DNA of 64,000 nt. Source: Eledone cirrhosa (Eukaryota). The position numbers and the translations under genes are program-made. Every line of letters begins with the position of its first letter. Position 1 is the stretch's first letter. The notes below the pieces were generated by a model that searched no databases, had not been told where the DNA came from, and worked only from the letters and a program-made list of their open reading frames with translations. The stretch lies in assembly GCA_964016885.1 (NCBI GenBank), contig OZ024744.1, positions 84,072,001-84,136,000 of the forward strand. The letters run 5' to 3'. Below, piece by piece: positions 27,583 through 40,933 of the stretch.

Positions 27583-30121
27583 AAGTTTTATTTAAATTGT
27601 TGGGTTACAACGAGTAAATATTTATAACTGATATAAAAGCACTCAACAAGTATTTGGAGTATATTTACGATATTAAATAAATGGAAACTATATTTATAAA
27701 ACCATATTTATTTCATTATATATATTTCAGGGATATCATATTAAAAATATGGTATGCCTTCTTCAGACAAAATACAATATAAACAGTCTTATAAATAGAT
27801 AGATTTGACATACCTTACAACTTCAACTTCCATTTAAAAAGTTGATTTGGTAGTGAAAAATGTTAGGGACAGTTATAAAAAGAAAGAAAGAAAAAAAGCG
27901 AAGAAAAAGAAGAAATGCATGCAACTAAACAGAGAGAGATAGATATAGAGAGATAGATAGAGAGAAGAAATTCATGTAAAGAAACAGAGAGAGATAGATA
28001 GAGAGAGAAAAAACACAGAGGGAGATAGATAGAGAGAGAGAGGGAGAAGAGAGAGAGAGAGAAAAAATAGAGAGAGATAGATATAGATAGAGATAGAGAG
28101 AAAGAAAATAGGTAGTTGGGCACCAGTTGAATGACGTATCAATGATATATTTATTTATTTATTTATTTAGTTCTAGTATTAAGGTAGAGAGAGATATATG
28201 TGGTTAGGAGAGAAAACAGCCGTTACATAGAGAGAAAAGAAAAATATCCAGAGATAAACGAGGCAGATTTAAAACATTATGTTTCATCAATGTAAAAATA
28301 TCAATTCGTATGAATTAGGTATTATAATGTAAATATCAGTATTCATGAATGAGACACGTATCAATAATGTGTGAAAAATAATGATCATATGTCTAGTTTA
28401 AAATTCCTAGGTTTATATCAGAACTGAGTTAAAAACTGAGATAAAAAAAACTGAGATAAAAAACTGAGATAAAAAACTTTAAAAAAAATTGAAATACATA
28501 AGTATATATGCACTTTCATGAAAAAAGAAAAAGAAAATAGAAGGTTATCCCAGATTCGATACTATAGACTTCCATGTGAATTTACGTGATCAACTCTGCA
28601 AATTCCTATTTCACATGAAAACATTCTCATTGTGCTATAAAAATTCTAGTATACATATATGTGTACATACACACAAATATATATAGAATCTACATTAATT
28701 TTAACAATACTATTCTTGTCTTTACTCTACATGATTATCGTTCAAGCATAAATAGACAACAGATATCAATATATCAATAAAAATATCAAAAAATAAAAAA
28801 ATATTAAAAATAAAACACAGTATGCCCCGCAAATCAACCACAGAGATCAACCCTTCAAAATTAATTGACAATATATTGCCAAGTTCATTATAAGCATCAG
28901 AATCAAAAGCAAACAAAACCAAAATTATTTACCAAATCCTGTCTAGCAGAAATCATTCCAAAAGTTTAGGATACCCATTTGATCTACAGATGGCCTTATA
29001 TTTATTATAGAAGTTTATCTAGTGTAAAACTTATTCGATATATTTGGAGCATCAGCTTTTAGGGTAGTTTAATTATTCATGAAGAATGTTTAAAAAAAAT
29101 AAAAAAAAAAATTAAAAAAAGAAATCGAAAGATTTATCGGCGAGTTTCATAAATAATTATAAATCATAAGTAAATATACTACATTTTAAATTTATATTTA
29201 TATTTAAAAGTTGAGTTCAATCTATGTCTGCAGCAACTGAATACATTTGTCCGTAAATTAAGGGAATTTTTAGATTTTAGTATAAAGAATATCTCCTCCG
29301 CGCAGAGGTCACATGTCTCAGAGGATGAATTAAAAGGAATCCCTTTTGAGACTATATTCCAAGCCGTCGAATATCCAACGTTATCATGCTTAAGTTGCCA
29401 GAGTAAGCCTGATAGTGATGTTGAAGATTATTTGCTTGGATCTGTGAAAGAATTCTTGTGGTTATTATAGCGAAGTTTAAATTCTGTCGAGGTGGAACCA
29501 ACATAGTTAAAAGAATTTAAGTCCGTTTTAACATTACAGTTGTATATTATATTTTTAACTAAGCAATTGTTATTTAACGGACATTTAGATCTATCTCTAC
29601 AGTTACATTTGTTTACTTGGATATTATTTATGCTATTATCGGTATTTTGGCTAGGTTTTAAATTCCTATTATTTATTCTATTAATATTTTGTGCTAAATT
29701 TTTGGTGGATGAGTAAGTTAATTTTATAGTATGTCTATTGAAAATTGAGTGATACCTATGTGTTCTAGGGAAGCGATTATCAAGAGCATTAAAAAATAGT
29801 TTAGCGATGTGGGTTTTAATGTTTAGTGAGAAGGGGGGGGGGGGGGGCAAACCATATTATATTCCTAGTTCTATTTCTTTTTTGGCTTTTGGAATTATTG
29901 TAATGCTTTCTATTATAGTTGTTAAAGTTGTTGCCGTAATTAAAATTGTTGTTATTTTGGTTAGTTTGTCTATTATTATCTATGTACATAATTTTATCAC
30001 TATATCCTGCTCTAGCTATATCCTGCTCTAGCTAACGCTTCATTGTAATACTGGGCTTTTTCGTCGAAAATCTTTTTATTAGATGAGATTCTAGAGATAC
30101 GTTATCTCTCTCTCTATTTTT

Positions 30122-30153
<32 letters not shown>

Positions 30154-30517
30154 ATCTATCTCCCTCTGTGTTTTTCTCTCTCTATCTATCTCTCTCTGTT
30201 TCTTTACATGAATTTCTTCTCTCTATCTATCTCTCTATATCTATCTCTCTCTGTTTAGTTGCATGCATTTCTTCTTTTTCTTCGCTTTTTTTCTTTCTTT
30301 CTTTTTATAACTGTCCCTAACATTTTTCACTACCAAATCAACTTTTTAAATGGAAGTTGAAGTTGTAAGGTATGTCAAATCTATCTATTTATAAGACTGT
30401 TTATATTGTATTTTGTCTGAAGAAGGCATACCATATTTTTAATATGATATCCCTGAAATATATATAATGAAATAAATATGGTTTTATAAATATAGTTTCC
30501 ATTTATTTAATATCGTA
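27580..30517 (-). mobile_element. 5'-truncated Penelope-like element with an inverted terminal duplication, in (TA)n
   Basis: PPFSLNIKT...CNCRDRSKCPLNNNCL..NIIYNC...YVGST...RYNNH (ORF 29428-29850), then C..C and CRH. 27666-28080 is inverted at 30103-30517. Confidence 0.88.
27709..27774 (-). ncRNA. Minimal hammerhead ribozyme in the PLE terminal repeat (mirror copy at 30409-30474, +)
   Basis: tattttgt-CTGAAGA-agg...cct-GAAA-tatata-TA|-atgaaata. Palindromic stem III; stem I has two G-U pairs. Confidence 0.65.
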
Positions 30518-30529
30518 TATATATATATA

Positions 30530-30975
30530 TTAGATAGTGAAATTGAGTTTCCATCGTATTTTTTACTAAATAAATTAGCCTAATAGTTGGAGTGATAAAA
30601 ACCTCCAGATTGGAAAAAGGATGAGCATTGACGTATATGGTATTCGAACCCACATCTTTGGCTATCATGACAACTGTTTTAACCATTACAATAGGTTATC
30701 CATCAATTTCCTAATCAATTTGAAGTTATATAATTATAGCGTATGAATACATATATATATATAAGATATAGAGCTTAGCGTTGTTTTGAAAATTAGCTTT
30801 GTTTACAAACATCAGGGAATTTGAAAATTAGATAGTGAAATAGAGTTTCCGCCGTATTTTAGACTGAGGAAATTAGCCTAATAGTTGGAGTTATAAAAAC
30901 CCACAGAATGGAAAAAAGGATGAACATTGACCCATTTCTTTGTAAACAAAGCTAATTTTCAAAACCATGCTAGGC
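30530..30975. repeat. Small direct-plus-inverted repeat unit in (TA)n
   Basis: 30531-30631 is directly repeated at 30828-30931. 30773-30808 is inverted at about 30939-30978. Confidence 0.6.
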
Positions 30976-31489
30976 TCTTATGATGATGGCTGCCCCCTCG
31001 TTATCGAGTATGGCCATTACACGATATGCCATTATTAAAAATTATTAATTAATGCTATCGTGCAATGCCTGAGCGTGAAGATATGTTTTAAAGTGAGAAA
31101 AGAGTACTGTGCACTGAGTCAATCCCACTCTCTGAGCGACAGTAGCTATAACCCGAAAGGAAGAAAAGATTAACATCATCGGTAACTACTGAGCCGCAGG
31201 TTTTATATCGGAGTTATCCTAGTTTCCAGAGTTGCCTTCTCCTAGAAGAACTGACAAAGGCTAGGGGTCCTTCACTCACAGTGGTTTAACCGCGTTGACT
31301 CTTAAGAGTTCTTCCGCCATTTGTCAGGTTTTGTTTTTTGTCAGGCTGGGTGTCCAAAATCGACCTCCTCATCGAGTAAACTTGGTGGGGTTGCCGTTTT
31401 AGTCGCCGACGACCCGACTATGCGACAGGTTGTACTGGGTTACATGTTGCTAGTAGCACTAAAGAGTAACCCGACATATATATTTACAT

Positions 31490-31652
<163 letters not shown>

Positions 31653-31695
31653 AAATGTGGAGAGGAGGCACACGAGTTAGGATATATATATATAA

Positions 31696-34600
31696 ATGAA
31701 AACAGGGGGAAAGAGACGATTATGAGGAAGAAAAATTATTTTTTTTCCTTTTTTCTATCTCTCTCTCTTGTTTCTGGGTTAGAAAATGATTAAAATGGAA
31801 TGTTTTACTTTTTGTGAAGTGTTAAGGTATTAGTTGATTTATTTATTATTTAACAATGGCATTTATTTATCTATTTATATATTTAATTATTGTCTATTAC
31901 CGGTTTCAGCATTTATATGCATTATCAAATGATAGTGAAATTTATTAGTGTGGTGTCGCACGTGTTAAACAGAAGGGGCAGAAAGAATAATGTTATATAC
32001 AAACAAGGTTTAAGAAGTGAAAAGAAAAAAGAAAATGAAAAAAAAAACGTGCATAATGTGGAACGTAAAAAGTCAATGTGGGAGAAAAGTTAATGTTATT
32101 TACAAGCACAGTCATTGAAGTTAAGCAGTTCAAAATGTGTTAATATCGCAAGAGTGCTTAGTTGAACCATGGTTCCGTGAAGGAGGCAAATGGTGGACTG
32201 TGGTTTGATATGATTTCCCTTTTTGAAAGGGAGAAATAAGGAAGAATTAAAATCCCTTCAACGCTGGGAAATAAACGAAACCTGGTTCTCTAACTATGAA
32301 ACACTTTTCCAAAAAGAAAACACATCCAAGAACCCCTTCATTAAAACCATAATAACAAGAAAACTCAATCAACACCCAAACAACACACAACAAACAACAA
32401 CAAAAAAAAACAATACCTCCCCACATAGCAACAAAAGAAGGCATCACCTCGCCCCTACCACAACTACCACACGGACTCCCAAGCAACAAATATAGTAATA
32501 GAGAAGCATCAGCTACAAGATAGACACTACAACTTCTCTCCCACCAGGAGAAACCATAGAATTCCCCACTCTTACACACCCCCCCTAACATCCCCACACA
32601 ACAAACCCACAACCATCATTACTTCCAACATAGAACCCAAAATACACAACTACCACACATGTCACACAGGGCCTCACAACCACACTCCAGCTATAAGTAA
32701 ACCCTAATCTACCCTCCCCCACTGACCACACCCTACTACAACAACACCAGCAGGGGACAATACAACCTCACCAAACACCCTAACCACTACAACCACCATA
32801 GCTACACACCATATAACAGCAACAACAGGACTCAATATTAACACACAAGACAAGCCTACTACAACTACCACCAAGTCTAGACACCCTACAACAAGAGCAG
32901 TGCTCAACACAAACCACACGATACAACCCACCTTCAACAACCACCACAACTTCACACCCTATAACCACGTCCATCAAATCTACACACCCTACAACAACAT
33001 CAGCAAGGCTCAATACAACCACACGATACAACCTAAACTCAACACCACCACAACTAGACACCATCTTACAACAACAGCAGGAGCCTATACAACTATAAGA
33101 GACATCCAAACTTCAACAGCCATCACAACTTCCGTAATCATTTTTTAGACACAGCACACAGACACAGGATCACAAGATAACACAAAACACACAGGAGACA
33201 AAAAATGCAATAAAAATTGTCAATTTAACATCCAAAGAATTAACAACAGACCAAATCAACATACTCTCCAAAGGTCTAAACTCCCCAACAACCAAACTAC
33301 CCCGAAATGAAGGAAGATATTGCAGAATTCTGTAGAAAACTAAAACTCAGCGAACAACTATACAACAAATACAATGAGGATGACTCAATAGCCAGAAATA
33401 GAAACAACTACACCCCACCAAAAGGCAAGAATAAATTCCTCGTTCAATTCTGCGAACACATTACTAATTACCCATACCACCATCTACCCAGACATAAACA
33501 AAAATCAAACCTAAGCTAAAAAGAATGGAATGGTCTTAACAGTCTGAAAAATGACAACACCCTAACAATCAAAGAGGCAGAAAAAGGGAGTACAGTAGTC
33601 CTTATGGAGACAGATTGTTACACAACTCTAGTACTCTCAACTCTAGAAAACCAAACATATTATGAAAAGGCCCAACACTACACACAACAGAAAATAATGA
33701 GAAACCTAAAATCCCTAACAACCCTTTACAAAGAAGGCCTTACAGACAAGGAATACAACTACATCACCAATTTCAAAAGCAGAACCAGCCTCTTCTACGG
33801 TTTCCCCAAGACACACAAAAGTGAAGTAATAGGTAGGGCCTGCAAGCAAGCCACAGACATTTACATCAATATAGCCCCTCCTGATGACTTTAAATTCAGA
33901 CTCATAATAGCAGGTACCACATGTGAAACGCACCGCCTAAGCAACTTTATAGATATTCTGCTTACACCTTTCCTTAAACATATAAAAAGCTTCATAAGGG
34001 ACGACCTTGACCTGCTCAACCACCTCCCAACAACACTCAATAATGAACATACCCTACTAGTAACCTTTGATGTCATCAATTTATATTCCAATATCCCACA
34101 CAACCTAGGTACAGAGGCAATACAATTCTGGATGGAAAATTTCCCTAGTGAACTCCCACAGTGCATCCCTAAAGAATTTGTGTTGGAGGGACTCAAATTC
34201 ATCTTGGAAAACAATTTCTTCGAATTCAATGCAAAATACTACAGACATAAATCTGGGACTGCCATGGGCACAAACGTGGCACCCTCATACGCCAACCTTG
34301 TCATGGGATATTGGGAAACCATTCTCTACCGCAAAGTTATAGACAAATTCGGCAACCACTTCTACCAACACATAGAAAAGAACTGGAAGAGATATCTGGA
34401 CGACTGCTTCATCCTCTCGCATGAAAGTATAGATAGACTGTTTGAGTTCAAAACCCTTCTGAATGGGCTCAACACTAACTTACAATTCACAATGGATTAC
34501 AGCCATGAACAACTCCCTTTCCTCGACATCCTCATCAAGAAAACAAGCAACAAAATAGAAACAGACATATCACAAACCCACAGACTCCAAACAATACCTT

Positions 34601-36066
34601 CCATTCAACTCGTGCCACCCTAGACACACCAAAATGGCAATTCCTTATAACCTAGCCAGAAGGATCTGCACAATAGTTTCAGATAAATACACATGCTACA
34701 CACGACTAAGAATTAAAAAATACACTTATCACAGAAACTACCCACCATCCCTAATCACCAATGGATTCCAACGTGCCCTAAAACTAGACATCCAGGAACT
34801 CAGACACCCCAAACCCAGGAGTGAACTGAACAAAAAAACTCTCCATACATCTCCACACACAACCCCCTCAACAATGAGGCATTCGACACCATCCTCCAAA
34901 ACATTCCTTTACTAAAAAGAGACCCAAGAATGAACAATATCCTCCAAACACACAACATCATAAAGAGCAAAAGACAACCCAAATCCATAAAAAACATCCT
35001 CACACAAGCCAAAATCAAACAAACCCTCACAATGAACCCTACAGTAACAAAATGCGGAAGGCCCAACTGTGGCATATGCATAAATCTAATAGAAGGTTCA
35101 ACATTCCATTTTAAACAAGGACAACGTTTCACAGTTAAACACAACTTTACATGTGCATCTGAAAATCTTATCTATGTTTTGACCTGCTCAGGTTGTCAAG
35201 AGCACTACATAGGACAGACAAAAAAAAGCCTCCGTCAGGAATACAGGAAGATTGCATTTAGTGAACATATCGCACATTGTTCTCTCAACCAACATCCAAA
35301 CTTTAAAATTTTCCCCATTTACAAATTCATAGACAAGGCTACTTTCATCCAACGTACCAATAAGGAAACATATTTCATTAATAAATTTCAACCACTACTC
35401 AATGCCCTAATAATCGGACCAAGCTAAAACTGCAGCAATCCATGAAACATTTACAAGAATTACCTCCCGCACACCCTACCTAATCCTTTTTCTTAAATAA
35501 ATTAAATATCACCCAGCAAGAATTGCTTCCCCCTGCATATTAACTCTCTAAAAGGGAAATCATATCAAACCACAGTCCACCATTTGCCTCCTTCACGGAA
35601 CCATGGATCAACTAAGCACTCTTGCGATATTAACACATTTTGAACTGCTTAACTTCAATGACTGTGCTTGTAAATAACATTAACTTTTCTCCCACATTGA
35701 CTTTTTACGTTCCACATTATGCACGTTTTTTTTCCTTTTTCTTTTTTCTTTTCACTTCTTAAACCTTGTTTGTATATAACATTATTCTTTCTGCACCTTC
35801 TGTTTAACATGTGTGACACCACACTAATACATATCACGATCATTTGATAATGCATATAAATGCTGAAACCGGTAATAGACAATAATTAAATATATAAATA
35901 GATAAATAAATGCCATTGTTAAATAATAAATAAATCATCTAATACTTTAACACTTTACAGAAAGTAAAACATTTCGTTTTAATCATTTTCTAACCCAGAA
36001 AAGAGAGAGAAACAAAAAAGGAAAAAAAAAATTTTTTTCTTCCTCATAATCGTCTCTTCTCCCTGT

Positions 36067-36072
<6 letters not shown>
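31696..36072 (+). mobile_element. Penelope-like element, near full length, with an inverted pseudo-LTR of about 520 bp, in (TA)n
   Basis: 31696-32223 is the reverse complement of 35550-36072. Internal RT and GIY-YIG coding remnants. Confidence 0.93.
33200..35427 (+). pseudogene. PLE polyprotein (RT, Cys-rich linker, GIY-YIG), frameshifted
   Basis: FDVINLYSNIP, GTAMGTNVAPSYANL, RYLDD, LPFLD; CGRPNCGIC; NLIYVLTCSGCQEHYIGQT. Confidence 0.9.
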
Positions 36073-36112
<40 letters not shown>

Positions 36113-36240
36113 ATATTTGAACCCGACGGCAGAGCTGAAGCCGTTTCGACGGCTATTTCTGGACAACTACTACCCTAAGTACTGAGTACTCTAGTGTGTT
36201 ATAGTCAATCTGGTTCCTTACCACACCTCCTTCGTTATAT

Positions 36241-36322
<82 letters not shown>

Positions 36323-36327
<5 letters not shown>

Positions 36328-37185
36328 AAGAATTAGTATATCTACTAACATATATATACAGATGCATACCTAAGCCAGCAAATATATAGGTTTTGTCTTA
36401 GTAACTTTGTGGTTCAATGCATGGGGATGCAGAACAATAATATGAGAGACGTAAAATAAGAAAATTATAAAGTTAACTTACTAAAATTTCACTCCAACTA
36501 ATTAGTTTCTGAAAGGGAATAAACATAGTTTCCGAAGAAACGTACTGAGAAGCCTTTCGTCATCAGGGAAGTCTATTCTCAGCTAAGTTTCCAGGCAATA
36601 CGTGGACACAGGGAACTTAAGTAAGTTAATTTTATAATTTTCTTATTTTACGTCTCTCATATTATTGTTCTGCATCCCCATGCATTGAACCACAATGTTA
36701 CTAAGACAAAACCTATATATTTGCTGGCATAGGTATGCATCTGTATATATATGTTAGTAGATATACTAATTCTTTATAATTATCTCCAAATTATTTTGTC
36801 GAGCCAAAATTGGCCAAAACTGCTACTATAGTTCATAGTAACAGTCCGGCTGCTGTCTTCTTAACAAACCACTCTTCACTGATTGACCTCAATGTCACGT
36901 GATTGATTTTTTTGAATTTGCCACCGACGCAGTAGGCAGTGATTTTTTCAATGGCTTGGAACTTAGTCCACGCTTTGCTTTTTTCCATCCACTGAATTAT
37001 TTTTGTATAAGTTCCCTGTGTCCACGTATTGCCTGGAAACTTAGCTGAGAATAGACTTCCCTGATGACGAAAGGCTTCTCCGTACGTTTCTTCGGAAACT
37101 ATGTTTATTCCCTTTCAGAAATTAATTAGTTGGAGTGAAATTTTAGTAAGTTAACTTTATAATTTTCTTATTTTACGTCTCTCAT
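36323..37185. mobile_element. Non-coding, terminally redundant mini-element with an inverted permuted copy, in (TA)n
   Basis: 36323-36482 is inverted at 36620-36779. 36441-36619 is inverted at 37008-37185. 36620-36660 is repeated directly at 37146-37185. Confidence 0.8.
37054..37136 (+). ncRNA. Hammerhead ribozyme candidate (mirror copy at about 36490-36573, -)
   Basis: acttcc-CTGATGA-cgaa...ttcg-GAAA-cta [25-nt loop] tag-TT|-ggagt. Confidence 0.55.
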
Positions 37186-37579
37186 ATATATATATATTTA
37201 TATATATATATGTATATATATATGTATATATATGTATATATATATATATATATATATAGAAGTGGTAACACAACAGTTAGTTCACCATACCGAGAACAAT
37301 TGTTTCACCTTAGCGGATCTTGAGCTCGGCATGGGCATGGTTATAGGAACAGGAAGGACAACCGTACGAACACGCATGCGCAGAAACCCGGTCACTTCAC
37401 ACAGGCAATACTAGACTGCGTGCGAGAGCGGTAAGGGCGATAACTGCGAAAGTCCGAAAAGTTTTTAGGTTGAAAGTAAAATAAAAATACAAAGAATCAG
37501 TCCGGAGCCTTGTAGTTAAGTCACAGGTGTTTGGCGAGGGCTCTACCACTACGGATATTACCTTCCAGTGTTCCACCAC

Positions 37580-37610
<31 letters not shown>

Positions 37611-37696
37611 ATATATATATACTTGTGTATAATGGTACCTTCCATAGGCGGTATGCCAAAATTAGCACTCAATATTCATACAGAGTAGAGTGTGGA

Positions 37697-38514
<818 letters not shown>

Positions 38515-39344
38515 CGAGGATGATGATGATGAGGGTGATGATGATGATGATGATGTTGATTATGACGATGATGGGTGATTAATATATACACATTAGTGTA
38601 AAACGATGGTGGAAAAAGAGTATTCAAAGCTAAAAGTATCCGTGAAAGCTGAAGCATCACAGTTCATTATTCTAAGCTCGCTGTTGTCTATCAGAAGATT
38701 ATGGAAACCTATATAAGAAGTGTACAGAGTCATTTTGAATTGTATAACAAACACTCACTGGTTTTCAGAAAACAACAAAAGAATACTATTGGCTGGCATT
38801 ATAAACGTTCCTTGTTGATTGAAAATGGAAGAACGGAAAATCATTTAGTGTTGGTAAATTAAATGTAACGCTCTTAATATAATTTGTAGAAAAAGATTTA
38901 ATGAGTATGGAACTATATATAATATGTCTTAACAACAAGACGTAATTATATTCGAACAAATCACCGTTGAAAATACAATGTAAGGAGAAAATGATTAATG
39001 ATTAAGAATTGCTAATCTTTAGAAATCAGAGATAAAAATCAGCTGTACACAAATGCCAACATTATATGGTTGCTTTGAGTCGTACAGCTACTCCGTAAGA
39101 ATTTCGTATGATATCTGCAGAATACTCTACCGTTGTCTTCATGAAATAATACTGCTGACTCCTCATTTATATTCGCTTAACCAAAGTTTATTTTAAACTG
39201 CTTTTATCAACATTTTCACACAATTATGAAACGTAATGAAAAACGTTATGACACGGTTTTGGTTTATTGTATCCCTTTTTTTTTGTGTGTTTATTTTTTA
39301 TTTAAGAAGTTTGATACACTTCAATTTCAATGGTCATTTCGAAA

Positions 39345-39613
39345 TTAGGGGATGGGCGAAGGAAGAATGTTATAGCTCAAAACAAAAAAAACTCTGACAA
39401 TTGGAAGAACGCATTCGTCATGTATTGACCAACATACTGCCTGAGTCTTAATGAAGTCAGTCGTGGATATACCAAGACGATTACAAGACGGTTACACTGG
39501 TGGACAACACTAGTGCCTATGTAGAATTTTAACATATGGCTCATGACTTCAAATGTACGGTTCGTGTTTTCCGTTCAAATCCGCGCCGAGAATTTTGTTT
39601 AAACAACACGTAG
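39345..39613 (+). mobile_element. Tc1/mariner-like 3' remnant
   Basis: WAKEECYSSK...LEERIRHVLTNI...MKSVVDIPRRL...AYVEF* translated by eye. Confidence 0.5.
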
Positions 39614-40647
39614 GCAATCCTGTTTCATGCTGTTAACCATTTAAATGAGTAGTCGGAAATAATATTTGGTTTTTGAAGACATTCTGTAAAGTTTTTGCTT
39701 CGAACCATTGTAATCCAAACGGTTAAATTAAGGTTCGCATTTAACGGTAACATTTTTGTATTCCTAATTTTTTTGTTTATCTTTTATTTTTAAGGATTCG
39801 TGTTTCTTAATCGTTATGCGTTTTTCCTTGCACTGTAGTGTCAGCTTCCATGTTTTTCCACTCATATCTGTATTTTGTTTTGAAAAAATATATTTTTCCA
39901 TATACTATATTTCTTTTGTAAAAACATTTTCATAATACGTTTACTTCATCAACCTCAACTATTGTTTCCCATTTCCATTTTAACAATCAACTTCAGTCAC
40001 TAGTATATCTTTACTGTTTTTCCGCAAACCGACGAGTATTTGCTTCGGTAATCCAATATTTTCCAGTAGGCTCTTTTTATATTAAGTTCTAACTTCTAAT
40101 TGTATAATCCGTCTTCGAACGTAAGCGAGTTACTCCGAATAACAGTTTAAGTTTCAGTTTTCAATTAAGGAAGTACGTACACTAACATAAATATATGCAC
40201 AGTTGTTCATTTCTATTCTCAATTCCGTTCTCTTTCTGCTTAACACCATCATTTGTCTCCCTGACCCCTTCAAAATGTTCCGCTTATAAGTGATTTAACA
40301 CACTTATGAACAATGCTTAACTCTGAAAATTGTATTCGTTTTCTCTCACACAATGCACACCCAACGTATTATAAGTTACTGTTTGTACTAGATAAAAGAG
40401 CAAATTCGTGGAGTTACCTCTCTTTGGCAATTTCTAATAAACATAACATTTTCTGATCAACTCTCCTTTTCTTACGAAAGCTTATCGCTGAATCTCATCC
40501 AGACATTTGAAAATAGACGTCAGAAGAAAGGCTGATTTATTAACGTTTGTGATCATGTGTTCTAATCAAGCCGTCAAACCTAAGGTTTACCATTGATTTT
40601 CTTGTGAACAATTCATAATGCACACACACGCGCGCGCGCGCGCGCAG

Positions 40648-40730
<83 letters not shown>

Positions 40731-40756
40731 CATATATGTATATATATAATTATTAT

Positions 40757-40909
40757 TATCATTGGTAGATTGGCAGTATCGACATTTATGATGATCTGAG
40801 TTCAAATCCCGCCGTAGTTAACTTTGCCTTTCATCCTTACGGGGTCGATAAGATAAAGTACCAGTAATACACTGGGATAATTGGTGGCTTTGTGCCAAAA
40901 GTGGAAACA
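40757..40909 (+). mobile_element. tRNA-derived SINE with an (ATT)n tail
   Basis: B-box, core and tail; internally deleted. Confidence 0.85.
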
Positions 40910-40933
40910 ATTATTATTATTATTATTATTATT

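Noticed and set aside
29425-29432. In-frame stop in the PLE GIY-YIG region as possible selenocysteine recoding
   Set aside because: The codon is TAA, not TGA, so ordinary decay is the simpler reading.
30985-31475. GC-richer segment resembling a LINE 5' UTR, possibly with an HDV-like ribozyme
   Set aside because: I could not build a convincing nested double pseudoknot by eye or link it to an ORF.
39620-40620. AT-rich, apparently unique stretch
   Set aside because: No ORF, motif or repeat structure that I can support.
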